A stretch of 61,451 nt of DNA from a virus. Location of the stretch: the IMG/VR virus record IMGVR_UViG_3300025704_000001; one strand, 5' to 3'. Made by a program: the position numbers and the translations under genes. The notes under the pieces were generated by a model that saw nothing but the letters and a program-made list of their open reading frames with translations, did no database searches and was not told the origin of the DNA. This document shows, piece by piece, positions 29,246 to 38,901 of the stretch (positions are counted from its first letter, which is position 1; each line of letters opens with the position of its first letter).

Positions 29246-30214
29246 TTACCAAATATCTTCATAATCTTCATCCTCACCCGCTTTGGAATAATCCGTCGGC
29301 CTAATCGCAAAAAAATCAGTATGGGTAACGCCCCCGGTAAGATGGTAAAACCAATCAAGATTACTCGCTGCTTTAGTGTCATACGCGAAATAGTTCCCCA
29401 AGTCGACATACCCAAGTTCAACAAGCTTTTCATTTGTTCTTTTCTTTATAAAGTGTTTTAAATCGTTTGACTTGATGCCCTCTATGTCACCCTTTTCAAA
29501 CATCTTGGTAATGTAATTAGTTTCTAGCTTAACCATTGCCTCAGCTGACTTAATGATATCCTCGCGACACAATTCAAGTAGCTGACTATCTTCTTCACAC
29601 ATATGTCTAAATAATTGACAACCCATTTTGCTGTGCAGAGATTCATCTCTTACAGACCATTTCATTTGTTGCCCTATTCCCTTAAGTAAATTACGTAATT
29701 GGAAACTGTACAAAACAGCGAAAGCGCTATAAAGGGATACGCCTTCGGCAAACGCTGAAAATACAGCAAGGGACTTAGCAATACCAGTGCGGTTACTACC
29801 ATTATAAGCAACCAGGTTATTAAACCTCTCAGCAGTTGCCGGCTCGTGGAGGAAAGCTTCATAATCTTCTAGTTTTAAAGTCTCATTTAAGTAACTGTAA
29901 GCTACCGCGTGAATTGTTTCTTGTGATCCAAACATCATAGCCATTTGTTGTATTTCATGTTTTGGGAACCAACCAACAACTTTTTGTGTCCAGTAATCTG
30001 ATACTGCACATTCTGTTTGAGCAAAGCCGAGAAGTATATTACCAACTAAATGCTTTTCTTTCTCATCTAATTTTTCATTCCAGTCTTTTAAATCGCCTTG
30101 CATCGATATTTCTGTATGTAGCCAAAAAGCCTGAGCTTGTTTTAGCCAACCTTCAGTGTAATATTCTGGATACTCAAAAGGTTTGTAAGCAATTCTCTCG
30201 TCAAATAATCCCAT
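29246..30214 (-). CDS. nrdB: Ribonucleotide reductase small subunit (322 aa).
   Basis: Di-iron ligand motifs (QETIHAVAYS, FAEGVSLYSAF, VRDESLH). Confidence 0.85.
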   Translation of the reverse strand: MGLFDERIAYKPFEYPEYYTEGWLKQAQAFWLHTEISMQGDLKDWNEKLDEKEKHLVGNILLGFAQTECAVSDYWTQKVVGWFPKHEIQQMAMMFGSQETIHAVAYSYLNETLKLEDYEAFLHEPATAERFNNLVAYNGSNRTGIAKSLAVFSAFAEGVSLYSAFAVLYSFQLRNLLKGIGQQMKWSVRDESLHSKMGCQLFRHMCEEDSQLLELCREDIIKSAEAMVKLETNYITKMFEKGDIEGIKSNDLKHFIKKRTNEKLVELGYVDLGNYFAYDTKAASNLDWFYHLTGGVTHTDFFAIRPTDYSKAGEDEDYEDIW

Positions 30215-30381
30215 TATATATCTATTATGTATTTAATTGTTTCTAACGTATTCTGCCATGCACTCATATGAGCTAGCATGACAGGTTTTGTTGTTGATTT
30301 ATTTACTGTTTTCATATCGTCTAGTATATCTCTAACGAATAGATCTATGGTATGAAACTGAGTTTCTATATCTTCTGACAT
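30214..30381 (-). CDS. Small hypothetical protein (55 aa).
   Basis: Hand-read ORF MSEDIETQF... Its stop overlaps the nrdB ATG and its start overlaps the upstream stop (TAATG). Confidence 0.4.
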   Translation of the reverse strand: MSEDIETQFHTIDLFVRDILDDMKTVNKSTTKPVMLAHMSAWQNTLETIKYIIDI

Positions 30382-30536
30382 TATAAATCTATTTCTAAAG
30401 CCAGATCGACAAACGGCATGTATAGCACATGCGTTACCATATCTACTTGCTTATATGTTCTAAACCCTAATAATATACCAGGATAAATTCCTAGTGATAA
30501 CGCCCATCCTTTACTGTCTTCGTCTTTAATTTGCAT
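30381..30536 (-). CDS. Small hypothetical protein (51 aa).
   Basis: Hand-read ORF MQIKDEDSKGW..., chained to its neighbours by a TAATG overlap. Confidence 0.4.
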   Translation of the reverse strand: MQIKDEDSKGWALSLGIYPGILLGFRTYKQVDMVTHVLYMPFVDLALEIDL

Positions 30537-30702
30537 AACATTCTATTTTATATCGTTTATGTAATTTTTCTATATCTGTGGATCTTACCCTACCTTTAAT
30601 CTCCCAGCTCCATTTAATGAACTTTTCAATTTGGCGCTCAGCGTATTTTTGCCTTGCTATCCTTTTTGCTTCGAAAGGATTAACCTTACTGTCTCTTGAC
30701 AT
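30526..30702 (-). CDS. Small hypothetical protein (58 aa).
   Basis: Hand-read ORF MSRDSKVNPFEAKR... that overlaps both neighbours. Confidence 0.35.
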   Translation of the reverse strand: MSRDSKVNPFEAKRIARQKYAERQIEKFIKWSWEIKGRVRSTDIEKLHKRYKIECYAN

Positions 30703-31115
30703 TCTGCTTGATTTTGTGGTTTATAAATCGTATACCCCGGGAATTGATTAGTAACTAATTGTTTAAATAGTTTCCATCGCATAGGGAATGATTCATTAGC
30801 TCTACCCTTTGTTTCTATTATAAAGTCTTCGCCAATAAAATCCGGTGTATACTTAATAGGTAGTATTCGCTTACACCCTCTATTTTTGTATTCGCCTTTA
30901 CCATTCGCTTGTCTTTCATATACTTCATTCTCAAAATGAAAACCGTTCAATAGAACAAATGTTTCTCCTTCGTATTTGCTTTTTATACCAGCTTCTTTCA
31001 TAGCCACATACATATGCTTCTCAAGACCTGAAGCAAAGTCGATACCGTCATAGAATACCTTCTTTGCTCTTACCGGTCCTCGTTTGCCGGTTTTTCTTTT
31101 AAAAGACTTCCTCAT
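30657..31115 (-). CDS. PD-(D/E)xK-type endonuclease / Holliday-junction-resolvase-like protein (152 aa).
   Basis: The motif YTPDF...IIETKG is typical of DUF1064-type nucleases (recalled from memory). Confidence 0.5.
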   Translation of the reverse strand: MRKSFKRKTGKRGPVRAKKVFYDGIDFASGLEKHMYVAMKEAGIKSKYEGETFVLLNGFHFENEVYERQANGKGEYKNRGCKRILPIKYTPDFIGEDFIIETKGRANESFPMRWKLFKQLVTNQFPGYTIYKPQNQAECQETVRLILSKQKG

Positions 31116-31362
31116 CTGAAAATTCTAAGTCCGACAATAAATCTTCTTGTAGCTCTTCAGTATAGGTTTCTTTAGCTTTCTGAAGATACAATACAGCATC
31201 CATAAGTTCTTCTTGCAAATGATTAAGCCATTCAAACATTCTTGATGGGTCATCTTGCAATGTAACACCATACTTATCAAAGCCTACATCAGATCTTGAT
31301 ACAAATTTATTTACAACACGTTTAACAACTGGATCTCTAAACTCTATTTCTTGTTTGCTCAT
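31099..31362 (-). CDS. Small all-alpha protein (87 aa), possibly NTP-pyrophosphohydrolase-like.
   Basis: FEWLNHLQEELMDAVLY resembles MazG-superfamily helices. The similarity is weak. Confidence 0.35.
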   Translation of the reverse strand: MSKQEIEFRDPVVKRVVNKFVSRSDVGFDKYGVTLQDDPSRMFEWLNHLQEELMDAVLYLQKAKETYTEELQEDLLSDLEFSDEEVF

Positions 31363-32135
31363 TATAATGTTTCTTTTACGAATGTTCCATTAACCATTTT
31401 ACCTTGTCTAGATTTAATTACGCTATAAGCAGATGCAACACAGTCTTCTATATTATGACCTCTTAGTTTAGCTAAGTTCGTTAGAACAACAACCATATCG
31501 CCAATAGCATCTATAACTTCTGTTTCATCATTTTTTAATAAAGCTTCTGCAAGCTCGCCTGACTCTTCCATAAGTTTTAAGTACTGGGTTTTTGAATCAC
31601 CTTTTGCATATATACCTTTGTCTGCAGCCCAAGTTCTTATCTTATCGTATATGTTCGCTTCGTCACTTAGGTTTGAAGGTTTTTTATTTTCAGTGCTATT
31701 AACTTTAAAAGCTTTGTTATATACATAACATCTGCAATCATTAAACATTGAAGTTCTAGCATTTTTAATTATCCAAGGTATATTTTCTTTAGTTATTTTA
31801 AAAGTTCCGTGTGTTGTTTCCCAGCTTAAGCCTAAATTGTCCATTAATTGGCCTTTCAGCTTGTTTAATGGACATGGAAATGTTGAAGTCTGCTCTGTAG
31901 CGTTAATTGTCATTGAATTGTTTTTATTTATTAAATTTTTATAAGTTTGTCTATCTACTTTATAGCCATAAGACTTTTGAAGTTCTATTTCCAAGTCAGA
32001 TATCTCATCGATATCGTCGCTAGTATGTAGAACTTCGTATTCGTCTAAAGCATAACCTTGTTGCTTCGTAACTCTTTTATTAAGATCACGTGTTACTCCG
32101 ATTTTTTTACCAGTAATGTGATATATGTAATACAT
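31362..32135 (-). CDS. Fusion protein (257 aa): N-terminal GIY-YIG-like domain plus C-terminal MazG-type nucleotide pyrophosphohydrolase.
   Basis: N-terminus YIYHITGKKIGVT...R..K. C-terminus EESGELAEAL...DAIGDMVVVLTNLA. Confidence 0.65.
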   Translation of the reverse strand: MYYIYHITGKKIGVTRDLNKRVTKQQGYALDEYEVLHTSDDIDEISDLEIELQKSYGYKVDRQTYKNLINKNNSMTINATEQTSTFPCPLNKLKGQLMDNLGLSWETTHGTFKITKENIPWIIKNARTSMFNDCRCYVYNKAFKVNSTENKKPSNLSDEANIYDKIRTWAADKGIYAKGDSKTQYLKLMEESGELAEALLKNDETEVIDAIGDMVVVLTNLAKLRGHNIEDCVASAYSVIKSRQGKMVNGTFVKETL

Positions 32136-32143
32136 TTTTTAAT

Positions 32144-32962
32144 TTATTTACCAACACTTAGCTCTGCTTTAATTGCAGCGTAAGGATTGTAGTTTAATAA
32201 TTTAATTTCATCAGCTTTAGGGATTTTAATTCCAGATCCAGCAGTAATACCTCTACTTAATTCTAATTGAGGCAGTGCTCTTCTAGGTCTATCTCTATAT
32301 TCTTTAGCTTGTTCTAAATGATTATTATATAAATGACAATCACCAAGTTGACCAATTAATTGACCAGCTTTATAGCCGGCCCCTTCAGCTAGCATTTCTA
32401 ATAGTAAACCATACATTGTAATATCGTAAGGTAAACCTAAGAAAACATCGGCAGATCGCTGTTGCCACATTAAATCCATAACACCATTATTGATATAAAC
32501 TTGAAAAGCATAATGACAAGGAGGTAACGCCATATCGTCTAGCTCGTGTGGAGCCCATGCGCTAACTATCATGCGCCTTGAATCAGGATTGTGATTAATG
32601 CTATACACAAGTTTTTCGAGCTGATCTACGCCGTTAAAATCACGCCATTGTTTTCCGTATACTGGACCTAATGTTTCATCAGTTCTGCCTGAGCGTTCAT
32701 AATCTGGTCGCCAGTACTTAACTCCATTATCTTCAAGATATTTTAAATCAGTTCTACCTTGTAATATCCAAAGCAACTCAGTTCTTGCTGCATTGAAGCT
32801 TATTCTTTTTCCTGTAAGAATAGGGAACCCCAGTGACATATCGTGCCTAATCGTTCTTCCGAAGACAGACTTTGTCCCAGTTCCTGTTCTATCCGATTTA
32901 TCCATTCCTCTGTTGAGTATTTCTGATAATAATCCTTTGTATTCATTTTCTATGTTTGTCAT
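32144..32962 (-). CDS. thyA: Thymidylate synthase (272 aa, counting from ATG 32962).
   Basis: Motifs RTGTGT, LPPCH and DVFLGLPYD. The longer track start at 33058 adds a hydrophobic extension that overlaps the upstream ORF. Confidence 0.85.
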   Translation of the reverse strand: MTNIENEYKGLLSEILNRGMDKSDRTGTGTKSVFGRTIRHDMSLGFPILTGKRISFNAARTELLWILQGRTDLKYLEDNGVKYWRPDYERSGRTDETLGPVYGKQWRDFNGVDQLEKLVYSINHNPDSRRMIVSAWAPHELDDMALPPCHYAFQVYINNGVMDLMWQQRSADVFLGLPYDITMYGLLLEMLAEGAGYKAGQLIGQLGDCHLYNNHLEQAKEYRDRPRRALPQLELSRGITAGSGIKIPKADEIKLLNYNPYAAIKAELSVGK

Positions 32963-33191
32963 AATAGTATTTGTAGTATTCAAATATTTTTGTCCATATT
33001 TCATTTTTACCAAAAGTATCAGGGCTAGTATTAACATTGCCTTTGTTTCTAATATCAATATACCAGGCTTTATCGTTCTTAGCTTTTGGGGCTATATGAA
33101 TACCTTCTCTGATACACCATCGCTGCGCGATCCACAAATCCTCGTCAAAAGGAGGTTTGCCCATATCGCACTGACTCTTTTTTACTCCCAT
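32943..33191 (-). CDS. Hypothetical protein (82 aa).
   Basis: ORF between the primase-helicase and thyA, overlapping both ends. Confidence 0.5.
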   Translation of the reverse strand: MGVKKSQCDMGKPPFDEDLWIAQRWCIREGIHIAPKAKNDKAWYIDIRNKGNVNTSPDTFGKNEIWTKIFEYYKYYYDKHRK

Positions 33192-34894
33192 GGCATCTTA
33201 GTTCCTTCTAATGAAACTTGCTCGTGCGGAATATAGCCTCCAGAATCAGGATTCCATTTAAAATGTACCTCAGCGCCATTTTCTCCAAGATTTTGAAACT
33301 TAACTTTTAAAACTTTAACCATTACAGTTTTGTTTAAGTAATTTCTATGGACAACTAATCCGTGATAGGAAGCATCATACCATTCTCCACCGCCTTTGAT
33401 ATTATACATTGTAGGTACTTCTATTACGCCTTTATCATTCTTATACATCTTAGTAGGGTGAGCAACAATTATAACCAATACATCATGCTTCCTTGCAAAT
33501 GTTTCTATTTGCATTAAGTATTCCATTGTATATTTGTTAACGTCGCTATCATTAGCTGTTGTTGCTCTTACTTTATTGAATGGATCAATTACTAAGCACT
33601 TTATTCCTTTACGCTTAACCAATTCAGCACCCTTAGCTAAGACAGATTCTAGACTGTACCGATCCATATCAATATGATAAAAATTGCTATTGACATGATC
33701 TGCTACCTGATTCCACCTTTCAGTATGGATATCTGCTTTTTGAGGCATCCCTCCCCACACTTTTCTCATTAACTTGTGAGCGTGTAGAAAGTTAGGTTTG
33801 TTCTCAGGAGATGCAAAGGCTGTTTTCCATCCATAATTGTTATTGTATCCAACGCACATTTGGTCTACAAAATCAGATTTACCTGATGAAGGTATACCAG
33901 TTACTGTTATAAACTGACCTGTGTAAGTAGAAAACACTTCATCAAAGTTATTTAAGCCAACTTGAAAACCTGGCTTAAATCCATTTTCTACAAAGTCAAT
34001 AACTTCACCCTCGTGATCTCTAAATGTTGTTACATTTTCAAGAGGTACAGGTTTTGCACCTGTTATTCTTTTTACTAATTCTTCTTTACCATACTTTAGC
34101 AGATACTCGTTAGCGTCTTTGCAGTCTTGAAACGTAGCTGTTAAGCAAACTTCAGATCCCAATCTTCTAATTAGTTCTGTTTGCAAAGCTAGTCCAGCAT
34201 CATCAGTATCTGTAGCGATGATTATGTTACTCATGTTCTCGAAGTAATCAATACAAGAATCTAAGTAATCTAAATTGTTAGTCTTTAGTGTTGCTCCGTT
34301 TGGAACTGATATAGCGTTAGTTATGCCAGCTTCGTGAAGAGCTAATACATCCATTTCTCCTTCAACTATAACGCAATAGTCATATCCAACTATTGAATCT
34401 ATATTATAGAATACTTTTTCAGCTCCTTTAAATAGTTTGAAGTTTTTTTTACCGTCTCGATATTTGACGTTTAATAACTCGCCACCCATAAAGTAATTAA
34501 ACTTTATAACATTTTCTGACTTTTGTGTTTGGGGCATCCATTCAGGGCCCTCACTGACTTTTAAATCAGCGAGAGTCTGCTTGGAGATACCTCTTGTTTT
34601 AAACCACTCTTCAACTTTAGTGCCGACATCGTGTATAGCACTTGGCTGGGCTGGTTTGATATAAACCTTTTCAGCTTCGCCTTTACGCTTGTAAGTATGT
34701 AGTTGAAAACTAGTATCACAATTGTGGCAAGTACCGAGACCCCGATCCCAATCATAAGAAGCACACTTTGCTTTCTGATTCTTAGGTTTTCTATCAGGAG
34801 AACAAACAGGACATATACCCTGCTTGTGACCTTCTTCAAGCTTATGTGTATTGAACTCGTCAATCACAAATCCATTGATCTCTGTTGTTTGCAT
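33182..34894 (-). CDS. Bifunctional DNA primase-helicase (T7 gp4-like, 570 aa).
   Basis: Zn finger CPVC...CHNC, TOPRIM motifs VEGEMD and TDTDDAG, and the Walker A motif GIPSSGKS. Confidence 0.85.
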   Translation of the reverse strand: MQTTEINGFVIDEFNTHKLEEGHKQGICPVCSPDRKPKNQKAKCASYDWDRGLGTCHNCDTSFQLHTYKRKGEAEKVYIKPAQPSAIHDVGTKVEEWFKTRGISKQTLADLKVSEGPEWMPQTQKSENVIKFNYFMGGELLNVKYRDGKKNFKLFKGAEKVFYNIDSIVGYDYCVIVEGEMDVLALHEAGITNAISVPNGATLKTNNLDYLDSCIDYFENMSNIIIATDTDDAGLALQTELIRRLGSEVCLTATFQDCKDANEYLLKYGKEELVKRITGAKPVPLENVTTFRDHEGEVIDFVENGFKPGFQVGLNNFDEVFSTYTGQFITVTGIPSSGKSDFVDQMCVGYNNNYGWKTAFASPENKPNFLHAHKLMRKVWGGMPQKADIHTERWNQVADHVNSNFYHIDMDRYSLESVLAKGAELVKRKGIKCLVIDPFNKVRATTANDSDVNKYTMEYLMQIETFARKHDVLVIIVAHPTKMYKNDKGVIEVPTMYNIKGGGEWYDASYHGLVVHRNYLNKTVMVKVLKVKFQNLGENGAEVHFKWNPDSGGYIPHEQVSLEGTKMPWE

Positions 34895-34912
34895 TTAATT
34901 TAATTTGATTAG

Positions 34913-35002
34913 TTATTCTCCGTCTAAGCAATCGGGACACATATCGCAGTAATCAAAGTCACACTTAGTCATAACTTCACCGCACATTTCGCATTGATCC
35001 AT
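34913..35002 (-). CDS. Cys-rich mini-protein (29 aa, 8 Cys, zinc-ribbon-like).
   Basis: Hand-read MDQCEMCGEVMTKCDFDYCDMCPDCLDGE. Its ATG overlaps the SSB stop (TAATG). Confidence 0.35.
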   Translation of the reverse strand: MDQCEMCGEVMTKCDFDYCDMCPDCLDGE

Positions 35003-35310
35003 TAGAATGGTAGATCATCTGGTTCTCCAACTGAGGCTGCTGCTGCTTGAGGTTGATCGGTTCTAGGAGCGGCGGCTACATTATCTCCGTTTGTCCATAC
35101 AACTTTTACATTCCCTAAATAGATTTTAGCTGCTTTAGCTTCGCGTTCTTCTTTAGACTGCTCAATAACTACTGGTCCTTGATTTCCATAGTTGTCTACT
35201 TCATCGTTAATAGTAATTGTAATAGGTAAATACTTACCCTTTTTTCCAACATAGATTTTAGACTTGTCAATCATGTCTAAGTTGATACTCGCTTTAATAA
35301 TACTTGCCAT
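35002..35310 (-). CDS. ssb: Single-stranded DNA-binding protein candidate (102 aa).
   Basis: The C-terminal acidic tip EPDDLPF matches the SSB DDD(I/L)PF tail. Lies in the recombination/replication cluster. Confidence 0.6.
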   Translation of the reverse strand: MASIIKASINLDMIDKSKIYVGKKGKYLPITITINDEVDNYGNQGPVVIEQSKEEREAKAAKIYLGNVKVVWTNGDNVAAAPRTDQPQAAAASVGEPDDLPF

Positions 35311-35335
35311 TTGTTTTAGTTTTAATTGTTAATCG

Positions 35336-35372
35336 TTTATATTATCTATAGTCATTCGTGTTACATTTGTAA
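35336..35372 (-). promoter_or_regulatory. Class I early-region element, copy 1.
   Basis: tttatattatctatagtcattcgtgttacatttgtaa, 26 nt upstream of the ATG at 35310. Confidence 0.55.
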
Positions 35373-35374
35373 GC

Positions 35375-36118
35375 CTATAATGTCTTATTGATAAAATAGT
35401 TTTCCGGTTTAAAGTCCGGGTTTTCGTAAAATAATTTATACTGTTCTACTGCTTGCTGCACTTTGTTCTTACCACTTTCGTAGAAAGAATCTGAACAATC
35501 GAATATACCGATTTGCCGCGTAGTTTTGTCTATTGCTATGAAGATTAAATCATAACCAAATATCTTACGATAGATGTAGGCTTGACTGTCGTAATTGTAA
35601 CGGAAAGCTGAGCTTCTAAACTTTGTTATATCACTGGTTGTTTTAAGATCTATTATTAATCTTTCGTCGTGATTTACTATATCAGCTTTACCTTTCCACA
35701 TCATACCTTCAATCTCACCAATCCCAGGCTGTTCGTATTCGACGTTAATGCCGTTTATTAATCCACTACAAGTTTCGTTAGATGTCATAGTATCTATAAG
35801 TAATTCTAACTTATCTACTTCGTGGGATAACAAACACATTTCGCCACCTGAGATCTCCTTGTACGCTTTAGTATTCCTAGTTGTTGTACCTTCTATAATT
35901 CTATACTTTTTTAATTTGTCAGGTTCTAGTATAGCTGTATGAAAATAACCACCAATCAAAAAATTAATGTTTGGCTTCTGTGGAGTACCAAGCGCAAGAG
36001 GGTTTGTTAACAGTGTAGAAATATCAGAGTTGCTTCTAAATTGTCGGCCAAAGTCACCATAGTAATCTTCATCGCTTTTAAGTCTATCTAATATTTCTTT
36101 TTTGTTAAGATCATTCAT
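35375..36118 (-). CDS. PD-(D/E)xK exonuclease (RecB/Cas4/YqaJ-like, 247 aa).
   Basis: Motif GKADIV...LIIDLKTT. Paired with an annealase gene. Confidence 0.6.
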   Translation of the reverse strand: MNDLNKKEILDRLKSDEDYYGDFGRQFRSNSDISTLLTNPLALGTPQKPNINFLIGGYFHTAILEPDKLKKYRIIEGTTTRNTKAYKEISGGEMCLLSHEVDKLELLIDTMTSNETCSGLINGINVEYEQPGIGEIEGMMWKGKADIVNHDERLIIDLKTTSDITKFRSSAFRYNYDSQAYIYRKIFGYDLIFIAIDKTTRQIGIFDCSDSFYESGKNKVQQAVEQYKLFYENPDFKPENYFINKTL

Positions 36119-36122
36119 TGTT

Positions 36123-36671
36123 TTACAGGGTTGTTAATTTTGCCTCGATTTCTTTAGACAAGGCATACTTTGCTTTTATTGCTTCAACTTTACCACCTGC
36201 TTTAATATATTCCTGCGCCTTCTTAAAGGCTGGATCTTTTTCTGAGGTTAAGGTATTTTTAGTTTTAGCAGCGGTTGCATTTCCGCTTCCATTAGTGGCG
36301 TCACTATCAGCCGTGTCATCAATTAAGAATAAGTTTCCGAGTGCATATTTTTTTCCGTAAGAGGAAGCACTACCAAATTTTTGTGGCATTTGCATACCTT
36401 TCTGAACTAAATCTACACCAACAATAGCAGCAGCGTGTATAGCACTTTCGCCGTCAGAGATAGTAGCCTTTGATTCCAAAATAGGGAATGGCTCATTCTG
36501 AATTAACACTTCGTTAATTGTTACGCTTACTCCTAATTCTAATAAATAGGGTTTTGTTGCTTCTAGGATGTCTTCGGCTGATCTGAAGTTGTACTTGCCG
36601 AATGAATTAAATCTACTTTTTTTAGATTTGAATTTAGTCTGGATAGTAGCCAGTTTTTCATTTAATTTCAT
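36123..36671 (-). CDS. Single-strand annealing protein, Erf-like (182 aa).
   Basis: N-terminal pattern KSKKSRFNSFGKYNFRSAEDILEATKPYL, plus its position next to the exonuclease. Confidence 0.5.
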   Translation of the reverse strand: MKLNEKLATIQTKFKSKKSRFNSFGKYNFRSAEDILEATKPYLLELGVSVTINEVLIQNEPFPILESKATISDGESAIHAAAIVGVDLVQKGMQMPQKFGSASSYGKKYALGNLFLIDDTADSDATNGSGNATAAKTKNTLTSEKDPAFKKAQEYIKAGGKVEAIKAKYALSKEIEAKLTTL

Positions 36672-36732
36672 TAGATTGCATTTTGTTGTTATTAATATAA
36701 TTACGCATTATCACTTTAATTTAAGCCTTAAG

Positions 36733-37494
36733 TTAAAGATAATCAATCACTTGTGTTGCGTCGACGTTGGCGATTAAACGGTCAATTGCTTCTTTTTTTA
36801 TTTGAGAAACAATTACAATAGCTGTTACAGCAGTGATTCCCACTCGCTTAGCTATTTCTTTAGCTGGCACTTTTTCGCAATCTAAACCATAGGACATTCT
36901 TAATATATCATATTGTTTTTCCGTAAGATGCTCTCGCATTATACTTAACAAATAAGTGTTGAGTAAGTCAATATTATATGGTTCAGATTTATCAGCTATA
37001 TTCATAACCCACGAGGAATTTTCATCATCTTCTCCTTTGTACTCGTTGTCGTAGCTAGCGAATACACTGTTGAAAAACAATGACACTAATTTATCGTCAT
37101 TAGGATTTTTTCTTATTTGTATTAATTTGTTTTCAGGAATCTTTATGTCTCCTCTGTTTATGTCTATAGCTCTCCGTATTGCTCCTTTAATTCTTTTGGA
37201 TAGAAACGACTTTAATGTTTTTTCTATGTCCTCAGAACTGTTTAATTGTTCCCAGTCTAATTTATCAACCGCTAAAACTAATCCAGCATTACCTTCTTGT
37301 ATTAGATCGTTTATACTTAAAACACCTGAAGCTTGATCGCTGGTTGAAAATTTTCTAGCTATATTCTCTACTAAAGGCAGAAATGAAACTATTAGCTCAT
37401 TCCTGGTATAATCTTGAAAAAATTGCTCTAGTGGCATGGATCTTTTTACATCGTTTTTATATCTAACATAATTCTGTATATTGTATTTTTTCAT
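36733..37494 (-). CDS. Sigma-70 family RNA polymerase sigma factor (253 aa).
   Basis: Region 2 DLIQEGNAGLVLAVDKLD. Region 4 HTH EKQYDILRMSYGL...AKEIAKRVGIT. Confidence 0.8.
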   Translation of the reverse strand: MKKYNIQNYVRYKNDVKRSMPLEQFFQDYTRNELIVSFLPLVENIARKFSTSDQASGVLSINDLIQEGNAGLVLAVDKLDWEQLNSSEDIEKTLKSFLSKRIKGAIRRAIDINRGDIKIPENKLIQIRKNPNDDKLVSLFFNSVFASYDNEYKGEDDENSSWVMNIADKSEPYNIDLLNTYLLSIMREHLTEKQYDILRMSYGLDCEKVPAKEIAKRVGITAVTAIVIVSQIKKEAIDRLIANVDATQVIDYL

Positions 37495-37497
37495 ATA

Positions 37498-37534
37498 TTC
37501 ATATTATCAAACACTGTTCGTGTTATTTTTGTAA
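37498..37534 (-). promoter_or_regulatory. Class I early-region element, copy 2.
   Basis: ttcatattatcaaacactgttcgtgttatttttgtaa, only 4 nt from the sigma-factor ATG at 37494. Confidence 0.55.
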
Positions 37535-38155
37535 ACTAATTTGTTGGTTTAAAAGAGTTTTTTCTTTCTTCAGTTCGTTGCCCATGTTTCTATGTATTGT
37601 TCTAACCGAACATTTTAACTCTTCAGATAGCTTGTTTATAGTTATCTTTTCATTTTCGTTGTTTATTAGAACCATAGCATCGTATATTTCTGATTCAGAT
37701 ATACTCTTCCTACCAACCATCTTGCCTACTATAGACAATTTTTCTCTCATAGTCAGACCAGTAAAATCTTTAAATATTATCTTCCTTAATTTATTAGGAG
37801 GTGGCTTGTCTAAATCCATGAGGGAAACATCATATACCATATTATCTAGTAATTGATCAGAAACAGTAAATGTCACAAATCCGTTTTCTCTTTTGCATAC
37901 ATGCTTTGCAATCGTATTAAAGTCTTCTTGGTCCATTTGAGGATTCAAGTACCATAACACATACAAATGCCATTTAAGACTCTTATAAGTCGTTATTTTA
38001 GCTTTAGAGTTAAAGAGTGTATAGCATTCATGCGTACCATTCTCATAAAAGCTACCCCATTCAAAGACCTCTGTAGGTTTGTCTACTATTGGATCTCGCT
38101 TATAAGTAACTTTATATCTATGCAGGTAATCCATTCTTCTTTCGTATTGTGACAT
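37523..38155 (-). CDS. Hypothetical protein with a C-terminal helix-turn-helix (210 aa).
   Basis: ITINKLSEELKCSVRTIHRNM is HTH-like. The C-terminal part overlaps class I copy 2. Confidence 0.55.
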   Translation of the reverse strand: MSQYERRMDYLHRYKVTYKRDPIVDKPTEVFEWGSFYENGTHECYTLFNSKAKITTYKSLKWHLYVLWYLNPQMDQEDFNTIAKHVCKRENGFVTFTVSDQLLDNMVYDVSLMDLDKPPPNKLRKIIFKDFTGLTMREKLSIVGKMVGRKSISESEIYDAMVLINNENEKITINKLSEELKCSVRTIHRNMGNELKKEKTLLNQQISLQK

Positions 38156-38163
38156 TAGCTTAT

Positions 38164-38192
38164 TACTATTATATTATACTAGCTATTGTCGC
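38164..38192. promoter_or_regulatory. Class II-like element, copy a (a degenerate copy).
   Basis: tattatattatactagctattgtcgc lies directly upstream of the ATG at 38155. It shares TATA.TAG..CTATTGTC with copy b. Confidence 0.35.
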
Positions 38193-38200
38193 ATTTCTGC

Positions 38201-38422
38201 CTAGTATATAATTAATTTTAATCTTCTGTTATATTTTTTTAAAAGCTTAGCTTTATTTTCTATGTTACCTTTTACTACAGTTATGTTTTTATTACAGCTA
38301 TATTCACTTTTGAATGAAGATATAATTATCTCGTGGTTTAATTCAGCTATTCTGTCTTGTACTAGGTGCACGTGTTTCCGCTTTCTTCTGCTCTTTTTTA
38401 ACTTTTGTATTAATGTTCGCAT
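38201..38422 (-). CDS. Basic hypothetical protein (73 aa).
   Basis: ORF co-oriented with and overlapping its neighbour. Confidence 0.5.
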   Translation of the reverse strand: MRTLIQKLKKSRRKRKHVHLVQDRIAELNHEIIISSFKSEYSCNKNITVVKGNIENKAKLLKKYNRRLKLIIY

Positions 38423-38901
38423 AATTCGTTAATGTTAAGTGGACGTATAATTTTTTGCTCATTTTTATTTGCTATTTTGTATTTATCTTGTTCGTAATAA
38501 TTCCAGTAAGCTGAAACGCTGTTGTTTTTTACTTTATATTCGTCCGGCATACACTGGGGAGGTTCTGTAAAAGACCCTGTTGGTATATTTGAAGGGGCTA
38601 CTGCTAAAATATCTTTGCATTTTGTAATTGTTAAGTGGGTTTTATTATATCGTTTTGTGTATTCAGCACCTAATGCTAGCATGTGATTATATAGCCATTG
38701 ATAATTCTCGTTGTTTGCTCGTACCCATACAGAGCTAGGATGATTTAAGTGAGACTTTTTGTACGGTACATTTTCATTGCCTAACGCATGATGAGCAGTA
38801 CACAACATTTGAGCACACTCAAGTATCATCTTAACTTTGTGTTTATCGTAAAAGTAACTAGCAGCTACTTTAGGATCTGGGTGTAAATAAAATATATTCA
38901 T
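38410..38901 (-). CDS. Conserved-looking hypothetical protein (163 aa).
   Basis: Motifs DKHKVKMILECAQML and HLNHPSSVW. I could not place the family with confidence. Confidence 0.6.
   Translation of the reverse strand: MNIFYLHPDPKVAASYFYDKHKVKMILECAQMLCTAHHALGNENVPYKKSHLNHPSSVWVRANNENYQWLYNHMLALGAEYTKRYNKTHLTITKCKDILAVAPSNIPTGSFTEPPQCMPDEYKVKNNSVSAYWNYYEQDKYKIANKNEQKIIRPLNINELCEH

Noticed and set aside
36672-36732. A possible extra class I copy upstream of the Erf-like gene (ttattaatataattacgcattatcac...).
   Set aside because: It shows only AT-rich resemblance. The TCGTG block and the fixed 9-nt spacing are missing.
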